A stretch of 63,994 nucleotides of DNA, counting the filler, from Intoshia linei (taxonomy: Eukaryota; Animalia; Orthonectida), in assembly GCA_001642005.1 (NCBI GenBank). It is 7 parts of 7 records of this genome, joined end to end, with 100 filler letters (N's around TTAATTAATTAA, not from the genome) between each part and the next. Parts side by side here need not be neighbours in the genome. Positions count along the whole stretch, not along the records: positions 1 to 14,747 come from LWCA01000943.1; positions 14,848 to 39,309 come from LWCA01000544.1; 5 more parts are not named here. One strand, written 5' to 3'. A model generated the notes under the pieces. It saw only the letters and a program-made list of their open reading frames with translations, made no database searches and had not been told where the DNA came from. This document shows, piece after piece, positions 12,813-24,700 of the stretch; positions within the stretch are counted from its first letter, which is position 1; every line of letters starts with the position of its first letter. The position numbers were made by a program, and so were the translations under genes.

Positions 12813-13862
12813 ATGTATGTAGTAATCTTTTGATTATATAAAATTAAATATTTATGTCTGTTACTGTTTTATTAAAAAATTAAGAGTCTTAGAGTATAAA
12901 AATACAAATTCTAATACAGTTTTTCGAGAGTGATGCAGTATGGATTATATTGAAATGTTTATACAATGTAATTAATAAATGTGACTTTTACATATTTATG
13001 CATCTACGCTTAATTTGACTTGGATAAATAATGTCGTATAGTTCATTAGAAGAATAATCAGTTGATTTGCCATATATAAAACTCATTTACAGGAAGGCAG
13101 AAAAAATTCCATCCAAACAATTGTAATATAAATTTTTTTAAAGGCTAAAAAAATTTCATTTTGTTGAATAATAGTTTTTATAATTATAAAAACTATACAG
13201 AGATGTATTTATAGACCAAAATCAATAGTAAATAGTAAGAATAGTACATATTATTTTTAAAAACAATAATTATCTAACCGTCCAAAAATAAATATTGCTG
13301 CAAGATATAAAAAATTACATTAAAAATATTATTTTCAAAAGAAATCTGAATGCAATTTGAAACAAATTTTTCATAATCCTCTATGTTTGGCATGTCATTT
13401 AAAGGCGCGCAAATGAATTGAAAATTTGACTTTTCTAGGCACATTTTGTATTTTTTTTGTAATTGTACAAGTATTAGTTTTTTATATTCGTTTCCAAATT
13501 GAAATCTAAATTACTTTTAATGGACAAAATAACAATCAGTAATTGCATATTTTTGAAATTATGATATTTAGCGTGACGTTAAAAATAAACCATAAGATTA
13601 AAATATTTAAAAAATTAATGTAAAATAAAAAAAATTAACAGGAGTAGCAATTTTGCAACCCACAGACGGAAGGGGCGTGGAGAGTCATACAGCAGAGAAT
13701 GGCGAATGAAAATTGTAGGTCTAAATAAAAATAAAAATTTTTAGTGTCCTGTATCCTTGTGATAGCGAGGAAGTGAGAGTGGATACTGAGGAGCACGCAC
13801 CCATGGCTGCGTATAAAAGATAAATATGTTAATATTTTATATTTTAAAAATTATAAAAAACA

Positions 13863-14267
13863 TTACTCTTCCATTATTACAGTGTCCATGTCACCAAGCA
13901 ATAAATCTTGAATATGGTCAATTTTAATCGATTGTGAAATATAATTTGTTTCAGAAGATTGGAAAGTTTTTATTGAATTTTCCGTATCCATATTGTTCAA
14001 ATTACTTTCAATAGAGCTCAAAAAGTCATCAAAATCATCACTTTGAGTGTTTTCGTCAATATTTTCTGATTTATTATTAGTTTCGTTCCTCGTCTCAATC
14101 TCTACAATTTCGTCCGTTTTTATGTCTGTGATAATTTCATGATTCTCCAGGTTATTTTCACTTAATTTCAAATCATTATCTTCTTCATTTGTTTCATCCA
14201 ATTCAGAACTGCTTCCCGAAGAATTGAAACAATTTGAAAAATTTTTTTTGTTGGATATAACATTCAA
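13863..14267 (-). CDS. Probable exon encoding an acidic, low-complexity region; unknown protein
   Basis: 134-codon open frame in AT-rich DNA, rich in D/E/N/S, ending at a GTAATG donor-like site. Confidence 0.4.
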   Translation of the reverse strand: MNVISNKKNFSNCFNSSGSSSELDETNEEDNDLKLSENNLENHEIITDIKTDEIVEIETRNETNNKSENIDENTQSDDFDDFLSSIESNLNNMDTENSIKTFQSSETNYISQSIKIDHIQDLLLGDMDTVIMEE

Positions 14268-14847
14268 TTTTTTTGAAAGTGTTTCAAATTTACTTAAAAA
14301 TTCATTGTTCTAATTATTTAGTTTTAATAATATTATTACGACTGTAGATATTATCGGTATATTATTATATGTAAATATTATTTAATTTTGGTATGATTAT
14401 TTTATTCATTATATTATTTTGCGTAAGCCAAATTAAACACCAGCCGCCAAATTATTGAAAGATAAGCTAAATTTTTTATTAAAACGCCAAATTCTTCCAC
14501 CAGACACGCCAATAAAAAAATAAACGTAATTAAGATCAGAAAAAGGATATTAAAAAATTAAAATAATTACTTATACCCTTTTATATGTATTAACATTCAT
14601 TTGAATGCTGTCATGACTAATACAAACAGTACATTATTAAAATAAAAATATTGATTTTTAATATTATTTCCCTCCGATTTCTATATATAAGAATTTATAA
14701 CACATAAGGGCAACAATGATAAGAACAAATTGGTTTACATTGATTAANNNNNNNNNNNNNNNNNNNNNNNNNNNNNNNNNNNNNNNNNNNNTTAATTAAT
14801 TAANNNNNNNNNNNNNNNNNNNNNNNNNNNNNNNNNNNNNNNNNNNN

Positions 14848-15266
14848 GAATATATATCATCACATTGAAAATGACAAAATAGGTTTTTATAATTTTATTT
14901 ATCTGGAATTTATGTTATTTATGACAATTTTTAGGATTGGAATGTTTTTACTTTATTTTTAATATTATACACACATTTTGTCTAATAAATTAAAAAAATG
15001 GGATAATAATTGTTTTTAAAATTTTTTACTCAAATGTTAACAAAAAAAATTAAAATGGAATAATTCACTTTGAAGTAAAAAGTAATGTGATATGACGGTT
15101 ACATTTGAAACAAATTTGGGAACCACTTTTTTAAAGGATTGATAATAGTTAATAGTATGATTTTTAAGTTAGATTTTCAACGTGAATTTATTTTTTTGAT
15201 ATAATAAAAGAGTGCCTTCGGTAGAGCTAGGTGCTGTTTGTAGGTAGTACAAAACAGCCAAGCTAG
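14848..15266 (+). mobile_element. 3' part of the non-autonomous Helitron
   Basis: Colinear with ~37397-37804; subterminal hairpin; ends CTAG|T. Confidence 0.75.
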
Positions 15267-15450
15267 TAAATAATATAAACACAATTAGAATGTACCCATG
15301 ATGTGCAAATCAGATTAGCATTATTTTTATTATCAACAATTTTTATATTTTTCCATAAATTTGTCAAAACGGGCCAGTTTGCCCACTTTTAATATAAGTG
15401 TGTATTCATGGATATACATTTATGTATGTTTAATAAATATAAAATTTTAG

Positions 15451-15548
15451 GTACAATCGATAATGTTACATCAGCGTCATCCAGATTATCTGTGGGTAGA
15501 GTAGTTTCTATTGGTACTGGGTGTTTTGATTTAAAACAGAAAATTTAA
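15451..15548 (+). CDS. POLR1A: Terminal exon of RNA polymerase I largest subunit (RPA1)
   Basis: TTTTAG acceptor, then (G)TIDNVTSASSRLSVGRVVSIGTGCFDLKQKI*. This matches the RPA1 C-terminus D.L.SPS..LVVG.VV..GTG.F.LKQ. Absent from the ORF track. Confidence 0.75.
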
Positions 15549-16884
15549 ATTGTAAATTGTTTGTAATATATTAAATTAAATGTTTATTTTATTATATGCA
15601 ATGTTTCTGCTGATTTTAAACTTTTTCCAAGATAAAGTTGTTAAAAAAACAACAAATTTTGTGTGCAAAAAAAATATAGAATCAAATTAAAAAGTTTATT
15701 AAGGGTTGTTAGTAAACGATTTTTTATGTAAATTTTGATGTGCATTATTTAAGTTGGAATTTGTGGTATAAGTGGATTTTTTAGTAAGATGAATTAATTA
15801 TACTTAGTTATCAAATGTTTTATAAAGTGTTGGTTAAAGTAACTACTAAGTGTTTGAAATTTTTCGGTTAGGTAAAGTAAGCTCATTAAAATGAGTGAGT
15901 AAAATTAAATTATTTCTGTTAATCTCAATAACCTTGACTCATCTTCATTGAATGTGGTAATAGACATTTGATAATTTAAAGTTTGTAAGTTTCAAGTGTT
16001 TTTAACGATATTTTGAAAAAAACAGTCGCAAGTAAAACTATAATTCTGGAGTAATAATATAATTTTAATTGTATTATGTACCTATACATCTCCTTTTAAG
16101 GGTCATATTAGATTTATATTAGATTATATGTGAATGTCAGATTTTTTAAAGTTTGAAAAAACATATTTTAATTAGTTTTTGACATATTATTAAAACAAAA
16201 AATATAATGACAAAAACTGAAATTTGATAACTTAGATTAAAAGTTGTGTTAATTCAAGTGCACTAAAACTAATTATTGTGATTGTAAACATAATAAAATA
16301 TTGACAACTTGCAAAATTGAATATAAATACCTAATTAATCGTCAATTAGCAAATAAAAAAATCGATAAATATAAAATGTATGTTATAAACACATGTAACA
16401 TATGGAACCAACATGCGAATTAAAATGAAAAAAATAATATTGATGAATTTTGTCAAAAACTGAATGGTTGATAAAATTTAAAATGTTTATATATTAAAGA
16501 TTAGTTAATAATCTGAAGGACACATGTCATTGGTACGTAGAGATTCAAACAAAAATGTGTATCTATACATATCGACACGAATATCCATAATATTAATTAA
16601 TTAGTATAGTAATTAGATATTATAAATGCATATTTCATTGATAAAACGGTATAAATTGTATTATTAACTTAACAAATGTTGGATATGGGAAAATATCGAT
16701 AAGTAGTTATAACTTATAAGTGTATTTATAATATTTCTACGTTACATTGTATAAATGATAATTATTGGATTATGATTTATTTTAATGAAACGCCCTTATT
16801 TTGTTATTAAGCATTGGATAATTGTAACAACAACCATACTTATTATCACAATCATATTTTTCAATTAAGACTATTTTAATTGTA

Positions 16885-18975
16885 ATGTCAAAAGAGTCTA
16901 ATTTACTTCAACCCCAATTAAATTTTAGTATTGACCATATTCTTAAAAATGAACAAAAAATTGATTTGAATTTAAACATGGAAAAGACAAAAAAAAACGA
17001 TTTTTCTAGTTTGTATTTTTATATTTTTTATATATTACAGACATTTATTTACGTTTTACAGAGACCAATAAAAGACAGAGAAAAGCTAGAACCGCTTTTA
17101 CTGATTTTCAATTACATAAACTTGAACAATCCTTCGATATTAAAAAATACCTCAATGTCCAAGATCGGATTATTCTAGCCAATAAATTAAAATTAAGCGA
17201 CACTCAAGTTAAAACTTGGTATCAGAATAGAAGGTTTCATTTATATATTTATAAATTTTATTTTTTCAAAAAATCCCATCAATAAATGATGTGTCAATTA
17301 GAGGAGATAAATTAAAAAATTAGTCAAGCCAATCCAAATTATTTTTAATCTTTAAAATTCGAAATCAATAAAATTGACACTTGAGTTTATCTATATATAA
17401 TAAGATTATCGGATTAACGAAAATTAAATGGTAAATGTAAATATTTTGACAATAAATATTGTTTTACCAGAATCTTTAATCCGTTACATAGTTAAATGTG
17501 AAAATTAGTATTCAATTTAAATGTGTAATTGTGTTTAAATTAAGTTTAAATGTTAACGATCTGCTTATGTGATTATGATTTAAATTTAAATTACTTGTGT
17601 AAAATTATTCTATTATAAATTTATAATGTAATTAACAAATAAATACAAATTTATGTTAGACGGCTCCACCACAGGAGGCGTCAATTATGTTAGACCTAAA
17701 CTGCAACGAATTAATAGTTTAAAAAGTAATATTAATAGTTTCTTGATTTTTTCCTAGAACAGTGGTTTCTAAACTTTTTCCACTATGGACCACTTGTCAC
17801 AAAAAAAAATGTGTGTGGACCACATAATTTTTTTATTTTATCTTTCCTTTAATCGAAAATTTTACATTAATTTTGACAAGATAGCTTCAATAGCGTAATT
17901 AAAAAAATTTTTAATTTTAAACATACTGATTGCGAACTACCAGGGCCGTATGCGAAATCACTCGGTGGAAGGATCTCGACGAAATTTTTTTTAAAATGGA
18001 GGCTTTAATTTATTAACATTAATTGTAAATTGAGCATTAAAAAAATCTTGAATATCAACTAATTTGAGTGTTAAATTTAAAATGTCAACTCAAGAGTCTT
18101 AGAAAGGTGGATAGGGTTATATGATGTTATAATTTGTTTACAAAATTGTTTAATGGGCTATTTTTCATTTTTGAAGTGGCGACGGGCTTGCTAGGTTCGA
18201 TTCCGGACACTACAATCGAACTATTCTCACTTGATTTTGATTAAATGATGTTTACGTTCACTAATAATAATAATAAATGATCGATACAATTTTAATTTAT
18301 TATTACAACAATAATTATTATTGTTAAAAAAAAGGTTATCTTCATGTTATTTAAAATTTTTCTTGTGGACCACTTTGGGTACCATTGTCCTAGAACATTT
18401 TTTTAAAAAAATAAATCTCAGGAATCAAACTTTTTACTGCTAAATGCATATTACTATCTTAATTTTATACAGATGTAACTAGAATATATAATATCATACT
18501 CTTTTTATTCATTATTACTACAAAATTAAAAAATGAACGTTAGAATATGAAATTAAAATTTATCTTTATGTAATCAATTTTGTTTTTCATTGAAATATGA
18601 AAAAATATATATTGAAACCTCAGCCTTCGGCAAAGCTTACTACAATATGTACGCACTGCGTACTACGCAGTACCAAACATACTAGTTTGTATGAAAATAC
18701 ATTTGATTTACTTCTTTTATTATTACAATGAATATATTCAATTTAGAACAAAGTGGAAACGACAAAACAGTGTAGGTTTCGATTTATTGAACGATCCAAG
18801 TAATATGAATGAAGTAAGAAATCTGATAGATAAAAATCCATATTGGTCTCATTTGTTGGTTAACACAGCTATTAACAAGCCCATTATTTTAAAAAATGAA
18901 AATAATCAATTTCATTCAAATTCTTTCGAATATGATACATTCAGAGGAAACTATTTTAAAAAGTCTTTAAACTAA
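16885..18975 (+). CDS. BarH: BarH-like homeobox transcription factor; exons 16885-17008, 17062-17233, 18747-18975
   Basis: eh1 motif FSIDHIL. Homeodomain [58 protein letters not shown] carries the BarH-typical WYQN and is followed by SVGFDLL. Splice phases are consistent. Confidence 0.92.
17760..18387. mobile_element. hAT-type MITE in BarH intron 2
   Basis: Termini CAGTGGTTTC...GGTACCATTG with perfect 8-bp TSD TCCTAGAA. Confidence 0.8.
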
Positions 18976-19949
18976 TTATAATGTGTTATACATTTTGTTA
19001 AAAATAAAAATTCTTCAAAATCAAGTAAAATTCATTTATCAGGGTGATTGCTTTTGCATAAAACCCTTTGCTATATATTTAGTCTAAGTAAATCTTAAGT
19101 CTTGTTCAGTGAACTTTTTTTATACAATAAATGTTATAAACTACAGGTATACCTTGATGAAAAACGTTAATATATCTGAGAATATCTGTAATATTGGATG
19201 TAGATAGTGGTTTTTAATGAGTACCTTTTATAACTAATTTATAAAAAGGGTTGTAGGTTGATGCCTTATTTAACCAATTTATAAGTGGGTATTTGTATTA
19301 GTAATACTTTTGATAAATATAAGTTTTTATTTGGTACTTTTTTGCCTTATTTATAAACTTCAAAATTTCATTATTGTAAAGTTTTTAAATTTCTGTCTAT
19401 TAGTATAAGTAATTCACCATTTACTACATTTTTATCTTTAAGAGAAATTGAGTTTTGTAATAATAGATACATAATGTATACATAAAATGAATTTTAAAGT
19501 AATTAAAAATTATTATATTATTAATAACTCGTCTGTTTATAATATCATCGAAATTAATTTAAAAAGGCTTTGTTAACCACCTATAAAGATTTTGATCGAC
19601 ATTATTATAAAAATAAACTATGAAGCATTTACTCAGCATTTCTAGATGAAAAATGATTTCATTTTCATTATTTATTAACAAATTACCTTCAGCTTTTTTA
19701 TTTATTATTTAATTCAAATTTAGAAAATTATAAGAAAATTTTCCATTTACTTTTACAAAATTATTTAAAATTTTTACTCGTTCTATACAAAGTTTTAATT
19801 TTAAGATAAATGACTAAATTTTGTCATTTGCACAAATCATATTGGTATTTCTACCTTGAATATAAGTAATAAAACTATTTAGTTCTGTAAATATACCAAC
19901 AAGATACGCCAAGGATATAAAAATATAAATAAATCAAATTTGTTTGATT

Positions 19950-20355
19950 TTTTGTGTGTTAACAGGATAGAACTGTACCACCTGTAATTTTTTTAAATAA
20001 TAGGTTGTTTTCATTAAAAAAAATGTCATTTGGTATTTTGGCCTAGAAGATTTTTTTTAAATTTAAATTTATGGTAATATTTATGATTTGAAAATCCGTA
20101 TCTGATATATATAATATATACATATAATATAATACATATAATATTTTTTTAAATTCTCCAACTCGATTTTCAAAAAAAGGACAATTGGGCTTTTTGACCC
20201 GTAAATGTGAGTTGGTGAGGTTGAAAATTATCTTACTAACACCCACATAAAACTGTAACAGAAATGTGGACTTTATAAAATTCTAAGACTGTTAGTTATT
20301 GAAATAAACGATAACACACAGACAAACTAAGCATATGATGTACGTAAGAAAGGAT
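19950..20355 (-). mobile_element. Diverged 5' fragment of the Helitron family
   Basis: Reverse-complement similarity to 8746-9150 and 36128-36500. Confidence 0.6.
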
Positions 20356-20775
20356 AAATAATAAGTATATTCACAAAACAGATATTTCTCCTTAATTATA
20401 TCATTAATTCACAACATATCTAACAAAAATATGAAGTTGGCTAATAAACATCAGTAGATCCGTCCATTTATGAACTAAATTTGACTGGGATTTTTTGAAT
20501 GTCATCCACAACTTAAAGTTAAATATCTTCAGATAAATTTTTAATCCTTGTACAAATGACATTATTTGACACCGGAATTTATTTAAGTGTTGCTCTTTGT
20601 TTTTCGCCAAGTACAAGCTCTGCCATTTTAAGAGTAAAGGGTTTGATCAACGTTTCCTTTTTACTACGAACTCTATTTACTAGGCTTCCAAAAATGTAAG
20701 TTTCAATATCTGAAAAATTTGTTGAAAAAATACCAAAAATAAACTATTGAATTGTTAAACTTTTTGAGTCTACAA

Positions 20776-21233
20776 CAGCGGTTCCCAAATAAGGTACTGG
20801 GACCCTAAGGAGTACCAGAAATTATTTTAAGTACCTGTTCGTCTGATACTATGACTCATAAAAACATAGATATGTTTTTAAATTTCCAAAAATAATAGAA
20901 AATAAAAATTAATTTGTAATAATATCTTTAGTTCCTTTGTACATATTTACCTTTGTATTTACGTCTATTTGTTAGTCTCTGCAATTTTAAGGTTGCATAT
21001 TAAATATATGTATGTCCCTATTTCGTCAATTCAATTCGTTCAATTATTACAGGTTTTTCAGATATCCATTTTTGGTCAGGTAGAGTTGTTAACAATTTTA
21101 AATTTTTAAAGCAATTTTTTTTAATTAATATGGTGTCATAGTTACATTACATTTAAATTATTATATGTAGTACCCATTATTATTATTTTTTTAGTTTAGG
21201 GGTATTCACTGTGAAGTATGTTGGGAACCGCTG
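20776..21233. mobile_element. hAT-type MITE
   Basis: Perfect TIR CAGCGGTTCCCAA / TTGGGAACCGCTG; degenerate TSD GTCTACAA/GTCTATTT. Confidence 0.75.
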
Positions 21234-21729
21234 GTCTATTTATTGAAAATTTACTAGTTTATGGTACATTTTTCCAAAATTGACACATTTAATGTTAATT
21301 ATCAAATTATTGGGTCTGCAACCTTTTATTTTAACTGGGTTTTTTAAATAAAAACATAAATATTATTAACTAGATTGAAACTTTTTATCACATTATTCAA
21401 AATCTATTCTTATCGTTAGACCTCGAGTAACCATTCATACGACATCGGTTTTGATTCACATATGTTTTAGTATAATTTTACGCTATTGTAATTTTTATTA
21501 TGTAAAATTCACAATTACAACACTATAATGAAGGTCGTTGAATCTAATAATTAAATTTTTAATTTCAATTTTAATGATAAAAGTGTCATCGATTTATACT
21601 ATCGAGTGTACAGATTTTATTGGAATTAGTTAGTTGTGTCTAGGCTATGAAATTTATTTCTTTAATAAACCTATTGATGCATTTAGCATAAAATTTAAAA
21701 TTTTTAAAACTTTTAAATTTTGACTAAAA

Positions 21730-24700
21730 ATGCACGATTATCCGTTCATTTCTAGAAGTGGAAATTTATCAACCTATGTGCGTCACACCGATACAAACAT
21801 GTGTTTGTACTATGGTTGTATCATCAGTCATACTTTTTTATTGGTATATTTTTCATGTCATTAAACTCTTGTATAAAATATTAGAATCAAAAGATATCAA
21901 AATTTAATGTTATGTGTAGATAACATCTTTAATTGCTTGTGCTGGCTATTTGTATATAACATTTGGATATTGGTATATTGCTACTGTTGTAAATGACAAA
22001 TTGTATTTATTCTCCGTCTACATAGCTTTACTCGGTGGAATTGTATGTATTTTAATTATGAAAATGTTTTAGTATACAATTTTATATATTGTAGTATAAT
22101 GTATGCACATTGTGCAATGCACAATGTGCATGTTTTTAATGGTGTGCACAATGCGCACACTGTGCATCGTACCAGGGCAATAGAAACTGAACTGTGGGAC
22201 CATATCACATGAAAATATTAATATATAGGCCCTATAGTATAGAGCCTATACATTACAAAAAAATTCGTATGATATTGTGTATTACACAATTTGTAGCCGA
22301 TCGGGTTATTTAGACAGCACTGCTTGATGTGATCAATAGAATATTGTAATATAGAATAATTTTGACATAATTAAGACGTTTTCTTATATTAATTATTGAT
22401 TTAGAATAGTGGACCTCTTTATAATAGGGACCCTGTAGAACACGAGCACTGTCTTGCCCTGAGTGGTACGCTAGGCTGTCGCATACCAATTTAAATAAAT
22501 AATTATATATAATAACTAAGTTGAATGTTATGTATTACCTAAAAATAGACCTAGCTCTCCCGAAGCCAGAATTTTATTATATTAAAAAATAAATTCACTT
22601 TGAAAATCTAATGTAAAAATACTATTATTCACTATTATCAATCCTTTAAAGCAGCCATTCTCAACGGGGTCCACAGCACTTTTTTGGGGGTCCATGAAAA
22701 TTATATACATTTATTATATATTATAGACATTTTCAGTAACATAAAGTCGTTTTTAAAACATAGAGGCTCAAAAATACTAATATATAACGTGAAAATCATG
22801 TAAAAGTAAATTCTTTAGTATTAAATTAAATTACTTACAACTGGAAAAACTTATTGGGAAAACGTCCATTGTTCTATTTTAGGGCAGCGGTTTTATTTAA
22901 TTATTTTATTAAAATTTATGATCAAACCAAGTTATAATGATAAAAAAAGCTTTAAATTTCAAATTGAAAATGGGACAAAAAATCAGTCAATATTCATGAT
23001 TCTATGAAACATCAACATAGGGATATAAAATATTAATTCTTCACAGGGAAGATAGATAATATAGAATTTTTATTGATCTGATAAAATATGTAATAAACAA
23101 TTGATAATGTACTGTAAACAATACCTGAAAAACATGTTCCATTTTGCGAACATTGACGGATTAAAGGTTAATATTAATAATTCATCAAGTTTATCATCTC
23201 GCAAAAATAGAGTATTCAATGTCTTTTAACCATCATTCGTTTCATCCAAATGTAATGATTCATTGAAAATTGTTATTATTATTAATTTTTTTTGGGGTCC
23301 ACAGATTTTATGTGAGATTGTGTGATAAAGTGAATTATTCCATCTTAATTTTTTGTTTAACATTTAAAAATAAAGTAAAAACTGTCAAATCCTAAAAATT
23401 GCCATAAATAGCATAAATTCCAGAAAAATTAAAGTTATAAAAATTTATTTTGTAATTGTAAATTTGATGATATATATTCAGTACCAATTTAATAAATAAT
23501 TAAAAATACCAATTATGTATCAATAATTAACGGAATCTTCACTTTATAAACATATTTTAAACGAATTTTACTAATATTGCAAAGGATTGTAATAAATATA
23601 AAAATGATAATAACAAAGTTGTATTACTTTTAGTTTCGTTGTTTTAGTTTAAATTTGAAACAAAATGTTTTGAAAATGAGAATTTGAAATTCAAAAATTG
23701 CGTAGCAATGAAAAAAATTCCGAAAGAATTAATTATATAGATTTTCACCCATATGTCTTTATTGGAAATTTATAGACTTTCCCTGCACATTTTTTTTTAA
23801 AATTGTAGGATCAATATTTACATGTTCAATTTTTATTTTAATCGAAATATTTGAAAAATATTGGTTAATAATATATTAAAAATTATTTTTCATCGGGAAT
23901 GCGTAGATTTCTCGGGTTGAAGTTTTGTGTTTATATCAACTGAAATAAGCTCTATCAGAATAATCTTTTCTTTTAATTTTTAGACCGTNTTTGACTCGTT
24001 GTAGTTTTTATTTAAATTTTATTTAAAACGTTTTGAAAATGAGAATTTGAAATTCAAAAATTGCGTAGCAATGAAAAAAATTCCAAAGGAATAAATTATA
24101 TAGATTTTCACCCATATTTCTTTATTGGAAATGCGTAGATGTTCAATGTACATTTTTTTTGAAATGGTAGGATCAATATTTACATTTTCAATTTTTGATT
24201 TTAATCGAAACATTTGAAAAATATTGGTTGATAATATATTGAAAATTACTTTTCACCGGCAATGCGTTGATTTGTAAGGTTGAAATTTTGTATTTATATC
24301 AACTGGAATAAGCTCTATCAAAATAATCTTTTTTTTTTTAATTTTCGGACTGTTAATTATTTCACATTTTTTGTTTTAATAAAATAGTTTTGAAATAAAA
24401 AAATATGAATACTAAAGTGCTTTTTTGACCGTGAAGGCGTTACTTATTCAGATTCCAATTTTTTGAGTGTGTTAACAGAATATAACTGTACCACCTGTAA
24501 AATTTTTGAAATTCTAGGGCTGTTTTGGCCCTGAAGATATAATTTTTTTAAATTTGCCAACTCGTTTGATTTNTTAAAATTGTAGGATCAATATTTACAT
24601 GTTCAATTTTTATTTTAATCGAAATATTTGAAAAATATTGGTTAATAATATATTAAAAATTATTTTTCATCGGGAATGCGTAGATTTCTCGGGTTGAAGT

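Noticed and set aside
14748-14847. Palindromic TTAATTAATTAA flanked by N runs (also ~39310, 49493, 56870, 59952, 62778)
   Set aside because: Identical 100-nt cassette with stops in all six frames: an artificial scaffold gap linker.
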